DNA from: Actinomycetota bacterium
GTDB lineage: Bacteria > Actinomycetota > UBA4738 > HRBIN12
Length of the DNA stretch: 64,000 nt
Assembly (NCBI GenBank): GCA_040902745.1
Contig: JBBDWR010000029.1
Location: 8,791 to 72,790 of the forward strand
Reading direction: 5' to 3'
Numbering within the stretch: the first letter of the stretch is position 1; every line of letters starts with the position of its first letter. Position numbers and translations under genes: made by a program. Positions 1-9,999 of this stretch are shown here, one piece after another. The notes beneath the pieces are model-generated. The model made no database searches. It had not been told where the DNA came from and was given only the letters and a program-made list of their open reading frames with translations.

Positions 1-504
1 GGTGCGCCGCAGAGTGGCCGGATCGAGCGCGTCGAGGTCCGGAAGAAAGCCCCGCCCCTCCGACAGCGGGAGCCGCATCACCTGTGCGCCGACGTATTGC
101 GCTCCGCGCTCGGGAACCGTGTACCCCGGAGCCGTGACGACGACGAGATCCCTCCCGCTGGCGGGATCGACGATCGCCGACGCGAGCGAGAACACGATCT
201 CCTTGGAGCCCAATGTCGGAAGCAGCTGCGTGCTCTGATCTACGGACACATCGAACCGGCGGGAGATCCACCCGGCGATCGACCGCCGCAACTCGTGGAG
301 CCCGGCCGCTCGAGGATAGGAAGAGATCGGCTCGATCGCGTCCGTCAGGCCCCGCCGGATGAATGCGGGCGTCACTTCGCGCGGGTCGCCGACGCCGAAA
401 TCGATCACGTCGCGGCCGGCTGCGACCGCCTCCGCCTTCGCGCGATCGAGCGCCTCGAACGGGTAGGGCTCGACCCCGCGCAGACCCGGGGAGAACGTGG
501 TCAT
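1..504 (-). CDS. Class I/II aminotransferase, N-terminal part; gene continues beyond window start. Likely N-succinyl-diaminopimelate aminotransferase given dapE/dapF context.
   Basis: Manual reverse-strand translation from the ATG at 504 gives MTTFSPGLRGVEPYPFEALDRAKAEAVAAGRDVIDFGVGDPREVTPAFIRRGL..., the typical aminotransferase N-terminus. The ATGA overlaps the dapE stop. The frame stays open and GC3-rich to position 1. It is absent from the ORF track because there is no in-window stop. Confidence 0.6.
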   Translation of the reverse strand, partial: MTTFSPGLRGVEPYPFEALDRAKAEAVAAGRDVIDFGVGDPREVTPAFIRRGLTDAIEPISSYPRAAGLHELRRSIAGWISRRFDVSVDQSTQLLPTLGSKEIVFSLASAIVDPASGRDLVVVTAPGYTVPERGAQYVGAQVMRLPLSEGRGFLPDLDALDPATLRRT

Positions 505-1608
505 CGCGCTGCCCCCGTCAGGAACCGGTGCAGTACGTCGTAGGAGCGAACGATGTCGGGGATCTCGACGAGTTCGCCGTCGGTGTGGGCCATCGCAGGG
601 TCGCCGGGGCCGAAGTTCACGGCGTCGACAGCCATGAGACCGAACTCCGCGACCGAGGTCCAGGCCTGCTTGGCTCGGCGATCCAGGTCGCCGGCCGCCC
701 GCAGCGACGCCACGAGGGGATTTCCCTCCGGCACCGGTCCCGCGGGAGCATTCCCGATCACGTCGATCTCGGCGCCGGCCGAGACGATCCAGCGACGCAG
801 CTGTAGTTCGGCTTCCTCCGCGGTTCGGTCGGGCGCGTAGCGGAAGTTCACCGATGCCCGGACCTCGTCGGGCAATACGTTACGGGCCCTTCCTCCGGAG
901 ATCGCCGTCACGTTCACGACCTCGCGGTAGATCAACCCGTCCTGCTCGACGTCTCGCGGCGTGGCGGAGGCGATCTCGCGTAGGCCGTGGATCGCAGCAT
1001 GAGCGGCGTTCTCCCCGTTCCACGGCCGCGCGGAGTGCGCACTGATGCCGCGGAAGATCACGTCCGCGTTGAGGTTGCCGAGACACCCCACCTCGAGTGC
1101 GTTGCCGGTGGGTTCGAGGACCACCGCCAAGTCGATGCGCTCTACCAGCGGGGTGGCACGCAAGAACGGGAGCAAGGCGCTCTGCGTGATCGGCAGTTCC
1201 TCTCGACCGAAGAAGCAGTACCCGACGTCGGCCGGGCGATCCGCGCGCTGCCCACTCCCCAAGTCGGCGGCGAGCTCGAGCATCACGGCGAGACCTGCCT
1301 TCATGTCGGCACTCCCCCGCCCGACGATCGCCTCGCCCCGACGCCCAGGCGACGCGCTGCCCGCGACCGGGACGGTGTCGACATGGCCCGCAAGCACCAC
1401 GAACGGACGATCGGGGTGCGGTTCGTGGGCGTACAGCCGGACCCCGTCGTGTGCCGCGTCCCCGTGACGCGGCAACGCTCCGACCGTGCGATCGATCCGG
1501 TCGAGGATCGCCGCCTCGCTCCCGCTCTCCGAGGCGATGCCGACGAGCTCCTCCGTGCGGTCTGCCAGGCGCCGCGCGAGGTCGAGGTCCGTCTTCACGG
1601 GACCCATC
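501..1608 (-). CDS. dapE: Succinyl-diaminopimelate desuccinylase (M20 peptidase family)
   Basis: The C-terminal ~369 aa of the 643-aa ORF carries M20 motifs (AGHVDTVP, GRGSADMKAG). The internal ATG (MGPVKTDLDLARRLADRTEELVGI...) lies just downstream of the dapF stop. The upstream part of the ORF overlaps dapF and is an Arg-rich artefact. Confidence 0.8.
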
Positions 1609-1627
1609 CTAGGGGGCGCGGTCGCCC

Positions 1628-2542
1628 TCAGGACGGCGGAAGCAGACGCGCGGGGTTCACGATCCCGTCGTAGACGTGCATCGCGGGCCCGGTGAGGGTG
1701 ACCTCGCCATCCTCCAGTCGCTCCACGGTGACCGCCCCTCCGGGGAACCGCACCACGGCCCGCGGGCCACAGAGCCCAGCTTCGTTCGCGGCGACGAGTG
1801 CGGCGGCAGCGCCGGTGCCACACGCCATCGTCTCTCCCACCCCTCGCTCCCACACGCGGACCTTCAGATCGCCGTCCTGGATCGCAACGAACTCCACGTT
1901 GGTGCGCTCGGGGAACAGCTCGTGATGCTCGATCGCGGGGCCGATGTGCGCGACGTGGTAGCGCGCGGGGTCGTCCTCGACGAAGAGCACGAGGTGCGGA
2001 TTGCCCATCGACAACGCGGACGCCTTGAGCGTGAGACCATCGCCCAGCTCGAAGGGCTCGCCCAGGAAGGGCTCCCAGGCAGGCCCGCGCATCGGGATCG
2101 TGGCTCGCGGGAACCGAGCTGGGCCCATCGCGACGCGAACCTGGAGCCCGTCGTCGCTCTCGCGCAGACGGAGCTGTTTGATCCCCGAGCGCGTAAGCAC
2201 GTCGATCTCGTCGCCACCCTCGAGCCCGCGGTCGTGGACGAACGCTGCAAGGCATCTGATCCCGTTGCCGCACATCTCCGAGGTCGTTCCGTCCGCGTTG
2301 CGGTGGTCCATGAAGAACTGTGCGCGCTTCGGATCGACCCCCACGTGCTTCGCAGTCTCCTTGGCCGCTTTCGCGTCCACGCCGGTGACGCGGATCGTGC
2401 CGTCGGCTCCCACACCGAACCGGCGGTCGCACAACAGCGCTGCGTCATCCTCGTGGATCCGGATCTCGTCGAGCAGGTCCTCGACCATGACGAAGTCGTT
2501 GCCGGTTCCCTGGTACTTGGAGAACGAGAGTTCGTCGGTCAT
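1628..2542 (-). CDS. dapF: Diaminopimelate epimerase
   Basis: The 304-aa product contains GNDFV and both catalytic Cys motifs (CGNGIRC, ACGTGAAAA). Confidence 0.9.
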   Translation of the reverse strand: MTDELSFSKYQGTGNDFVMVEDLLDEIRIHEDDAALLCDRRFGVGADGTIRVTGVDAKAAKETAKHVGVDPKRAQFFMDHRNADGTTSEMCGNGIRCLAAFVHDRGLEGGDEIDVLTRSGIKQLRLRESDDGLQVRVAMGPARFPRATIPMRGPAWEPFLGEPFELGDGLTLKASALSMGNPHLVLFVEDDPARYHVAHIGPAIEHHELFPERTNVEFVAIQDGDLKVRVWERGVGETMACGTGAAAALVAANEAGLCGPRAVVRFPGGAVTVERLEDGEVTLTGPAMHVYDGIVNPARLLPPS

Positions 2543-3477
2543 CGATGCTCCTGCGCGGCGGGTTCCAGCTTGCGAGCGAAGGCGGCCACGAGATCCTCCT
2601 CACCCACGCTTGCTGCAGCTACCCACCTGATCCTCGGATCGCGGGCGAACCACGACAGCTGTCGTCGGGCAAGGCTCCGGGTGCGTCGCACCGTGGCCTC
2701 GGAAGCTTCGTCGAGCGTGCCCTCCCCGGCGAGATGCTGCGCGATCTCAGCGTAGCCGATGGCCTTACTCGACGTGAGCCATCGACCGAACCCGCGCGCG
2801 ACGAGTGTCCGCACCTCCTCGATGAGACCTCGGTCGACCATCCGGTGAACGCGGCGCTCGATCCGCGCGGACAGCACTTCTCGCGATAGCTCCACCCCGA
2901 CCGCGCGCACCCTCTCCGGCGCATACGTCTCCCAGGCACCCGCGAAGCTCGAGAACGGCTGCCCGGTGATCGCTGCCACCTCCAGGGCCCGGATCGTGCG
3001 CCGGACGTTGGCGGGCTCGATCTTCGCGGCCGCGATCGGGTCCAGATCGGCGAGCCGCGCATGCAAGAGCTCGGGACCCAGCGCCTGCGCCGCTCGCTCG
3101 AGCTCTTGCCGCGTCTCGGTGTCGGTGCCCGGGAACTCGAGGTCGTCGACCACGGCTCGGAAGTAGAGGCCGGATCCCCCGACGAGCAGGGGTGTGTGGC
3201 CTCGTGCCCGGATCTCGGCCACGGTGGCGCGGGCGAGCCGTTGGAATCGCTGAACGGTGAAAGACTCGCTCGGCTCCACGACGTCGATCAGGTGATGCGG
3301 AACGCGGGCACGCTGCTCGGACGTCGGCTTCGCTGTGCCCACATCCATCCCCCGGTACACGAGCATCGAGTCGACGGAAACGATCTCGGCGTCCAGCCGC
3401 CCGGCGAGTTCGATCCCCGCATCGGTCTTCCCCGACGCCGTCGGCCCCACCAGCGCGAGCAGCGGCGGCGTCATCAC
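2539..3477 (-). CDS. miaA: tRNA dimethylallyltransferase
   Basis: 312 aa with P-loop GPTASGKT and IPT-family motifs. Its stop overlaps the dapF start. Confidence 0.9.
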   Translation of the reverse strand: MMTPPLLALVGPTASGKTDAGIELAGRLDAEIVSVDSMLVYRGMDVGTAKPTSEQRARVPHHLIDVVEPSESFTVQRFQRLARATVAEIRARGHTPLLVGGSGLYFRAVVDDLEFPGTDTETRQELERAAQALGPELLHARLADLDPIAAAKIEPANVRRTIRALEVAAITGQPFSSFAGAWETYAPERVRAVGVELSREVLSARIERRVHRMVDRGLIEEVRTLVARGFGRWLTSSKAIGYAEIAQHLAGEGTLDEASEATVRRTRSLARRQLSWFARDPRIRWVAAASVGEEDLVAAFARKLEPAAQEHR

Positions 3478-3478
3478 C

Positions 3479-4831
3479 TTATCCCGCGACGGCGGCGGGG
3501 GCGGGCGCCGGTTCGCCGAACAGGTGGTGCGGGGCAGCCCGCGTGATCCGGGCCGTGACGAATGTTCCCGGCGCGAGGTCGGCGTCCAGATGCACGATCC
3601 TGTTGGTTCGCGTTCGTCCCTGGATCGAGGGTCCCTTCTTGGCGCCCCCCTCGATCAGCAGCTCGACCGCGGTTCCCACCTGCTCGCTGCTGCGTTCGAG
3701 CGAGGACCGCTCCTGGACCGCGACGAGGCGCTCGAAGCGCTCCTGGACGATCTGCTTGGGCAGTTGGTCCTCCATCGTGGCGGCTACGGTTCCCGGGCGT
3801 GGGGAGTACTGGAACAGGTACGCGGAGTCGAAGCGCGCCTCGCGAACGACGTCGAGCGTTGCCCGGAAGTCCTCCTCTGTCTCTCCCGGGAACCCCACGA
3901 TGACGTCGGTGGACACCGCGATCTCGGGGATCGCCGCGCGGATCCGTTCCAGCCATCCGAGGTAGCGCGCGGAACGGTACGAGCGGTTCATCAGCTTGAG
4001 CACCCGGTCGGACCCGGATTGCAACGGGAAATGAATGTGTTCGCACACGCCCTCGCATTCGGCCATCGCGTCGATCACGTCCGGAGTGAAATCGTGCGGA
4101 TGTGGGCTCGTGAACCGGATGCGCCGTATGCCCTCGATGCCGTCCACCGCTCGCAGCAGTTGGGCGAACAGCGGCTTGCGACTGGAATCCGGCACGGTGA
4201 GGTCGCGACCGAATGTATTCACGTTCTGCCCGAGAAGCGTGATTTCGACGACGCCGCGCGCGGCGAGGCCTTGCACCTCGGCGAGGATGTCGCCGACCGA
4301 GCGAGACAGTTGCGGCCCGCGAACGAGGGGAACGATGCAGAACGTGCATGCGTTGTCGCAGCCGGGAGCGATCGACACCCAGGCCTTGAAGTCGTTGCCT
4401 CGTACAGCCGGTAGCGCCGACGGGAACGTCTCCGTCGCCTCGGTTACGTCCATCTGAGGACCTTCGGTGGCCGAGCGTTCGATCAGCTCGATCAGGCCCG
4501 GGAGGGCGTGGGTCCCCACGACGACGTCGACCCACGGCGCCTTGCGCTGGATCGTGCCTTGGTCTTTCTGCGCTAGGCACCCGGCGACGACGATCCGCAT
4601 CCTCGGGTTCTGCTCCTTCAACGGACGAAGGTGCCCGAGGTTGCCGTACAGGCGATTGTCGGCGTTCTCTCGGATCGCGCACGTGTTGAACACCACGACC
4701 TCGGCCCCGGCGGCGTCCGCGGCGGGAACCATGCCATCAGCCTGGAGCAGACCCGCGATCCGTTCGGAATCGTGCTCGTTCATCTGGCACCCGAAGGTGC
4801 GGAGGAGGTATCGGCGCTGCTCCATGACCAC
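3479..4831 (-). CDS. miaB: tRNA-i6A37 methylthiotransferase (radical SAM)
   Basis: 450 aa with the N-terminal MTTase domain (TFGCQMNEHDSE), the radical-SAM CxxxCxxC (CDNACTFC) and a TRAM domain. Confidence 0.9.
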   Translation of the reverse strand: MVMEQRRYLLRTFGCQMNEHDSERIAGLLQADGMVPAADAAGAEVVVFNTCAIRENADNRLYGNLGHLRPLKEQNPRMRIVVAGCLAQKDQGTIQRKAPWVDVVVGTHALPGLIELIERSATEGPQMDVTEATETFPSALPAVRGNDFKAWVSIAPGCDNACTFCIVPLVRGPQLSRSVGDILAEVQGLAARGVVEITLLGQNVNTFGRDLTVPDSSRKPLFAQLLRAVDGIEGIRRIRFTSPHPHDFTPDVIDAMAECEGVCEHIHFPLQSGSDRVLKLMNRSYRSARYLGWLERIRAAIPEIAVSTDVIVGFPGETEEDFRATLDVVREARFDSAYLFQYSPRPGTVAATMEDQLPKQIVQERFERLVAVQERSSLERSSEQVGTAVELLIEGGAKKGPSIQGRTRTNRIVHLDADLAPGTFVTARITRAAPHHLFGEPAPAPAAVAG

Positions 4832-4836
4832 CGAGC

Positions 4837-6390
4837 CTACCGGGCGTACTCGATCGAACGGCTCTCGCGCACCACCGTGATCTTGATCTGGCCGGGGTAC
4901 TGGAGCTCCTCCTCGACCTGCTTGGCGATGTCGCGCGCCATCACGCCCGCGGCCAGATCGTCGACGCCGTCGGGTTGGACCATCACGCGGACCTCGCGCC
5001 CTGCCTGCATCGCGAAGACCTTTTCGACCCCTTCGAACGCCTCACAGATCTCCTCGAGCCGTTCCAGGCGCTTCACGTAGGTTTCGAGGCTCTCGCGACG
5101 CGCGCCGGGCCGGCCGCCGCTGATCCCGTCGGCGATCTGCGCCAGGACGGCGTCGACCGTTCGCTGCTCCACCTCCCCGTGGTGCGCCTCGATGCAGTGG
5201 ACGACCTCCGGGGACTCGCCCAGCCTGCGGGCGATCTCGGCTCCGATCAGCGCGTGGGAGCCCTCCACCTCGTGGGTCACGGCCTTCCCGATGTCGTGCA
5301 GGAACGCTCCACGCTTGGGGATCGTCGGATCCATCCCGAGTTCGGCGGCCAACGTCGTCGCGATGTGCGCCGACTCCAGCAGGTGCTTGAGAACGTTCTG
5401 CCCGTAGGAGGTCCGGAACTGCAGTGCGCCCAGAAGCTTGACCAGCTCGGGGTGGATGTCGGGGATGCCGACTTCGAGGATCGCCTCCTCACCGGCTCTG
5501 CGGATCTGCTCGGCGAGCTCCTCGAGCGAGCGCGCGTGCATCTCCTCGATGCGCGCCGGCTGGATCCGGCCGTCGCCGACGAGCTTCTCCAGGGTCATCC
5601 GGGCGGCCTCCCGGCGGACCGGATCGAAGCTCGACAGCACCACCGTGTCCGGCGTGTCGTCGATGATCAGGTTGACCCCGGTCGCGCCTTCGAACGCCCG
5701 GATGTTGCGGCCCTCCCGGCCGATGATGCGCCCCTTCATGTCGTCGCTCGGCAAGGTGAACACGGACACGGTCGATTCCGCGGTCTGCTCCGACGCCACG
5801 CGCTGGATCGCGATCGTGACGATCTTGCGAGCACGCTGCTCGCCTTCCTCCCGCGCCTGTTCCTCGATCTCCCGTACCGTCGACATCGCCCTTCGTTTGG
5901 CGTCCTCTACGACCTGCGAAGCGAGCGCGTCGCGGGCTTCACTGGCCGTGAGCCCGGCGATCTGCTCCAGCTTGGCGGTCTGCACATCCATCTGCTGCTC
6001 CAACGCGACGCGCACGTCTGCCAGGGCACGGTCGCGGTCGTTCAACTCCTGACGACGCTCCTCGTGCTCGACGAGCTTGCGCTCGAGGAGCTCCTCCTTC
6101 TCGTGCAGCCGTTCCTCCTGCTGCGCCGCGCGCTGTTCCTGGCGCTGGATCTCGTCGCGACGGATCCGCAGTTCCCCCTCGGCCTCACGCCGGATCGTGG
6201 CTACCTCCTGGGTGGCCTCCACCAAGGACTGCTGCGTGGTGGTTTCGGCCTGGACCTTCGCGTCCAGGACAAGCTTCCGGGCCTGGGCCTCCGCGCTGTG
6301 CGCACGAGAGGCGCCGATCGCGGTGCGGATCGCGAACCCGATCGCTACACCGAGGGCCAGGGCTGCGATGCCGATCAACGCCTCCGTCAT
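4837..6390 (-). CDS. rny: Ribonuclease Y
   Basis: 517 aa with an N-terminal TM helix, a coiled-coil region, a KH domain (IIGREGRNIRAFE) and an HD domain (HDIGK...HH). Confidence 0.9.
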   Translation of the reverse strand: MTEALIGIAALALGVAIGFAIRTAIGASRAHSAEAQARKLVLDAKVQAETTTQQSLVEATQEVATIRREAEGELRIRRDEIQRQEQRAAQQEERLHEKEELLERKLVEHEERRQELNDRDRALADVRVALEQQMDVQTAKLEQIAGLTASEARDALASQVVEDAKRRAMSTVREIEEQAREEGEQRARKIVTIAIQRVASEQTAESTVSVFTLPSDDMKGRIIGREGRNIRAFEGATGVNLIIDDTPDTVVLSSFDPVRREAARMTLEKLVGDGRIQPARIEEMHARSLEELAEQIRRAGEEAILEVGIPDIHPELVKLLGALQFRTSYGQNVLKHLLESAHIATTLAAELGMDPTIPKRGAFLHDIGKAVTHEVEGSHALIGAEIARRLGESPEVVHCIEAHHGEVEQRTVDAVLAQIADGISGGRPGARRESLETYVKRLERLEEICEAFEGVEKVFAMQAGREVRVMVQPDGVDDLAAGVMARDIAKQVEEELQYPGQIKITVVRESRSIEYAR

Positions 6391-6671
6391 CGTTGCCTCC
6401 TGCCGAACATCGGCCGAACGTAAGAACGCCGAGGAGAGGGCCCATCGGCCTTCCTCGGCGTACGCGCGGTCGAGCAGAAGAGCTAGGACGTCAGACGGGG
6501 ATCTGCCGTCTCACACCCTTCGGTCGGGACTGTCTCGATGCTGTCGTTTGGCTGGTCACCGTAGGTCTTTCGTGCGCGTGTCGGGTCGAGTCGTAGGGCG
6601 TTCTCTCCGTTTTCCCCAACATACGCCCGACCCTCGGAACGGGCAAGGGATCAGCGCAATACGCAGGCCTG

Positions 6672-7184
6672 CTAGTCCTCGTCGTCCGGAACCGAGAGGG
6701 CTCGCCGGGCCGCCTCCCGCGCCGTGTCGGGGGTGTACCCCCTACGCATCAAGGCGTCGACGATGCGCTTATGCGCTTTGGGGGGAGCGACCCCGCTCAT
6801 CCGACGGACGCGACCCTCGGCGAACTCCAGCGCCCGCTCGAACTCGCCATCGGTGGATCCGGCGACGACGCGGTCGATCGTGGCCCGATCGACACCCTTG
6901 GCGTACAGGCCGCTCGCGATCGCCCGCCCGCCCTTTCGACCGTTGACGGCCTGCTCGGCGAACGCCTCGGCGAACGCGTCGTCGTCGATGAGGTTCACCG
7001 CCTCGAGCCGCTGCAGCTCTTCGGCAACTTCACCTGCTTCGAAGCCCGCTCGAAGGAGTCGCTGTTCGAGCTCCCGCCTACTCCGCATACGAACGGCAAG
7101 GAGTCCGAGCGCGCGATCGTGTAATCCGAGTTTGCGCCCCCCTTTGGGTCCGCGCTCGGCATCGCCCTTGACTCGAGTATTCAT
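6672..7184 (-). CDS. recX: RecA regulatory protein RecX
   Basis: An internal ATG at 7184 (MNTRVKGD...) yields a ~170-aa RecX-like three-helix-repeat protein. The 19-nt gap after the recA stop fits the conserved recA-recX pair. The upstream ORF extension is Pro/Arg-rich artefact. Confidence 0.8.
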   Translation of the reverse strand: MNTRVKGDAERGPKGGRKLGLHDRALGLLAVRMRSRRELEQRLLRAGFEAGEVAEELQRLEAVNLIDDDAFAEAFAEQAVNGRKGGRAIASGLYAKGVDRATIDRVVAGSTDGEFERALEFAEGRVRRMSGVAPPKAHKRIVDALMRRGYTPDTAREAARRALSVPDDED

Positions 7185-7203
7185 GGACACGCTCGACGGG
7201 CGG

Positions 7204-9402
7204 TCAGTTGGCGGACGCGTCGGCCGGCTGCTTGGACTTGGTCTTAGGTTCCGACGGGGTCGCGTCCGGGGTCGCGTCGGGGGTCGCGGCCGGCGTGTCG
7301 GGCAGCTCGATCGGCTTATCGTCGGCTTCGTCGAAGCGATCGAGACCAACGGCCTCCCGGACCCGACGCTCGATCTCCTGCCGAACGTCTTCGTGCTCCA
7401 CGAGGAACTGACGCGCGTTCTCCCGGCCCTGACCCAGCTGTTCGCCCTCGTAGGTGAACCAGGCGCCACTCTTCTTGACGATCTCCAAGTCGACACCGAC
7501 GTCGAGCAGACTGCCTTCGGCGGAGATGCCTTTGCCGTACATGATGTCGAACTCGCACTGCCGGAAGGGCGGGGCGACCTTGTTTTTCACGACCTTGACG
7601 CGGGTGCGCGAACCGACGACCTCGGTGGCGTCCTTGAGGTTCTCGATCTTGCGCACGTCGAGGCGAACGGAGGAGTAGAACTTGAGCGCGCGCCCCCCGG
7701 GGGTTGTCTCCGGCGAGTTGTGCACGACGGTTCCATCGACGAGGTAGTTGTGCGTTCCTTCGACTTCGAGATCGAAGCGATGGGTCGCCCGCGACTTCGC
7801 ACTGCTCCCGATCTCGAGGACGGGCATCGGCATCAGGTCGTATCGCATCGGCACGAAAATCGGCTCGACGCCGAATCGCCCCCGATAGATCGGGAGGAGC
7901 TTGTACTGCATCGACGGGTGTACGAATGGAGCGATGAGCGCGTGCAACTTCGCGGTCTCATCCTTCGGGAACTGCAGTACGGCTTTTTCTGTTCTCGAGA
8001 TGAGCTTGGGCCGGATACCCCACGTGTCGGCAAGCCAATCGGTCAGTCGCTGGCGGCTCGTGGGCTCGATGGATTCGATGCAGATCTCAGAACGCCCACT
8101 GCCTTCCCGGGTGCGTTGCTGCAGGCCCTTGGCACGGAGCTGGAAGCTGCCGTCGTCCATGTACCAAACGGCCAGGGAAAGCGGTGTGAGCTGCTTGAGG
8201 TACTCCTCGCTGACAACCTTCTTGCCACCCACGTACACCGCTCGCCTGAGCTCGGCGAGCTCGGGGAGAGGCGTCATGTCGTGGAAGACAGCCCCTTTGG
8301 CGTTGGTGGACCGGCTGGAGCCGATGTTGGCGAACAAGCTCGCCTTCCAATCACCGTACTCAACCTGCCGAGCGCCGTGGCCCCATCGGAACCGGCCTGC
8401 ATGTCCACTCTTGCTCGGGGACAAAGCCCCGTCGCCGAGCAAGCCGCCGAGAAGCACTTGCCACTGGAAGTCGGAGAGCCGATGTGGGACGGCTTGGAGC
8501 ACACGGTCGCCGACGTGGAGCTCTTGTGCTTCGCGCCATCCTCCGGGAGTCCGGATCTGGTGGTTGGGGGTGCACGCGAATTGCGAGCGGCCGTTGCCGC
8601 TGGGCTTGGCGACCACGAACTTCGTGAACGATTCGGTGCGACCGTTGTCGAACCAGTTCACGACCTTCTTGGGAACGACCTCGCCCCGCTCGGCGTCGTA
8701 GGAGAGCACCTCCACGGGCATCCGTTGGTTGACGATCTTGCCGATCTTCTCTTGTGTTCCGTCGGCGAGCGTCACTCGTGTCCCATAAGTAAAGCATCCG
8801 AACATCACACCGATCTTCTCGCGCAGCTGGTTGATGAAGATCGCGGTGGTGTCGAATCGGGAAAGGGAGCCGGACAGCTTGCGCATCGCCTGAGACATCA
8901 GACGCGCCTGCAACCCGACGTGTGTGTCGCCCATCTCGCCCTCGATCTCGGCCCGTGGGACAAGTGCGGCGACCGAGTCGATCACGACGAGATCGAGCGC
9001 ACCCGAGCGAACCAGCATGTCGGCGATCTCGAGCGCTTGCTCGCCGGAGTCGGGCTGGGAGACGAGGAGCTCGTCGATGTTGACCCCGAGCTCTTGCGCG
9101 TAGGTGGGATCGAGGGCATGTTCGGCGTCGATGAACGCGGCGATGCCACCCTTCTTCTGCGCCTCGGCGATGATGTGCAGACACACGGTGGTCTTGCCCG
9201 AGCCTTCGGGACCGAAGACCTCGACCACACGGCCCTTCGGGATGCCGCCGACACCGAGTGCGATGTCGAGGGCCATCGATCCCGTCGGGATGATGGACAG
9301 GCCATCGCTCATCGAGTGCTCGCCCAGCTTCATCACCGCGCCCTTGCCGAACTGCTTCTCGATCTGCGAGAGCGTGACGTCGAGCATCTTGTCGCGATCC
9401 AT
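7204..9402 (-). CDS. recA: RecA recombinase precursor containing an intein (732-aa precursor; 372-aa spliced RecA)
   Basis: The N-extein is MDRDKMLDV...GPEGSGKTT...[12 protein letters not shown] (202 aa) and the C-extein is [20 protein letters not shown]... (170 aa). Joined, they read as a canonical RecA core (P-loop, L1/L2 loops). A 360-aa insert lies between them. Confidence 0.95.
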   Translation of the reverse strand: MDRDKMLDVTLSQIEKQFGKGAVMKLGEHSMSDGLSIIPTGSMALDIALGVGGIPKGRVVEVFGPEGSGKTTVCLHIIAEAQKKGGIAAFIDAEHALDPTYAQELGVNIDELLVSQPDSGEQALEIADMLVRSGALDLVVIDSVAALVPRAEIEGEMGDTHVGLQARLMSQAMRKLSGSLSRFDTTAIFINQLREKIGVMFGCFTYGTRVTLADGTQEKIGKIVNQRMPVEVLSYDAERGEVVPKKVVNWFDNGRTESFTKFVVAKPSGNGRSQFACTPNHQIRTPGGWREAQELHVGDRVLQAVPHRLSDFQWQVLLGGLLGDGALSPSKSGHAGRFRWGHGARQVEYGDWKASLFANIGSSRSTNAKGAVFHDMTPLPELAELRRAVYVGGKKVVSEEYLKQLTPLSLAVWYMDDGSFQLRAKGLQQRTREGSGRSEICIESIEPTSRQRLTDWLADTWGIRPKLISRTEKAVLQFPKDETAKLHALIAPFVHPSMQYKLLPIYRGRFGVEPIFVPMRYDLMPMPVLEIGSSAKSRATHRFDLEVEGTHNYLVDGTVVHNSPETTPGGRALKFYSSVRLDVRKIENLKDATEVVGSRTRVKVVKNKVAPPFRQCEFDIMYGKGISAEGSLLDVGVDLEIVKKSGAWFTYEGEQLGQGRENARQFLVEHEDVRQEIERRVREAVGLDRFDEADDKPIELPDTPAATPDATPDATPSEPKTKSKQPADASAN
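7717..8796 (-). mobile_element. RecA intein (360 aa) with LAGLIDADG homing-endonuclease domain
   Basis: Block A is [13 protein letters not shown] (Cys1, TGC at 8794-8796), block B is TPNH, and block F/G is [22 protein letters not shown] with terminal Asn and +1 Ser. Two LAGLIDADG motifs are present ([11 protein letters not shown]; VWYMDDGSF). The insert interrupts the conserved KIGVMFG|SPETT RecA segment. Confidence 0.9.
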
Positions 9403-9544
9403 GCGCGGTTCCTCCCTTATGGCCCCCTCGACCGCGCGGTGTTCGCGCCGACGAGCCCTTCCCCATCGATGCCGAGCACCCTAGTGAGGGGGTCCGACAC
9501 AGGTTACATCGGTGTGATTCGGTGGACGATGTGGCCGACGCTAG

Positions 9545-9559
9545 TCGAACGTATGTTCG
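9545..9559. promoter_or_regulatory. Putative LexA operator (Cheo/SOS box TCGAAC-N4-GTTCG) about 145 bp upstream of recA
   Basis: tcgaacgtatgttcg matches the Gram-positive/actinobacterial LexA consensus CGAAC-N4-GTTCG. It sits in the recA upstream intergenic region. Confidence 0.6.
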
Positions 9560-9666
9560 GGGTCAAGCATCGACCGATGGACGATTGTGCAACGCCGCCG
9601 TGGTGGGTAGCCTGCGCCGGTCCCGGCGATGCCTCGTCGCCCCCGAAGACATGAGGAGAGAGCGCG

Positions 9667-9936
9667 ATGCGTCGCCTTTTACGGCTCGTCCACATCGCCC
9701 TACTGGCCGTATTCGTCACGTCGCTGCAGACGATCGGCACCACATCGAGCGACGCCGCGGTCGCTGAGCACCCTTCTTCGGACTTCGACGGCGACGGGCG
9801 CGACGATCTCGCCGTTGGTGTTCCCGGGCAGATGGTGGCCGGGATGGCGCGCGCCGGCGCGGTGATCGTGCTCCCGGGGTCGGCCGACGGCGTTGTAACC
9901 GCCGAGAGCGGCCAGGGCATCGGGGCTCGGCGTTAG
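9667..9936 (+). CDS. Small secreted protein with a single FG-GAP repeat; possibly a truncated gene remnant
   Basis: The 89-aa product has a signal peptide (MRRLLRLVHIALLAVFVTSLQTIG) and one integrin-alpha-type FG-GAP repeat (DFDGDGRDDLAVGVPG...AGAVIVLPGSADG). It terminates after ~1.3 repeats. Several GC3-poor codons (tta, cta, gta, tct) are atypical for this genome. Confidence 0.4.
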   Translation: MRRLLRLVHIALLAVFVTSLQTIGTTSSDAAVAEHPSSDFDGDGRDDLAVGVPGQMVAGMARAGAVIVLPGSADGVVTAESGQGIGARR

Positions 9937-9999
9937 GATGCGGAGGGCACCGGCCCTAGGGCGCAGGCCCATTGTCTACATCGCCCCCAGTAGCGCACT

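Noticed and set aside
501-2432. A 643-aa ORF spanning dapE and overlapping dapF.
   Set aside because: Only the C-terminal ~369 aa are DapE. The N-terminal 280 aa are Arg-rich and overlap the well-supported dapF gene in another frame, so the internal ATG at 1608 was used.
3474-4682. Many long Arg/Gly/Pro-rich ORFs in the six-frame track, for example 3474-4682(-), 8360-9466(-), 17504-18958(+), 19063-20010(+), 26310-27512(-), 36385-37584(-).
   Set aside because: They lie in alternative frames of well-supported genes (miaB, recA, the ECF ATPase, etc.). They have the R/G/P/A-rich composition typical of off-frame translation of ~70% GC DNA and carry no recognisable motifs.
6391-6671. 281-bp rny upstream region with a small hairpin (agacgg...ccgtct) as a possible riboswitch or sRNA.
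   Set aside because: No recognisable conserved RNA motif. It is probably just the rny 5' UTR and a weak recX terminator.
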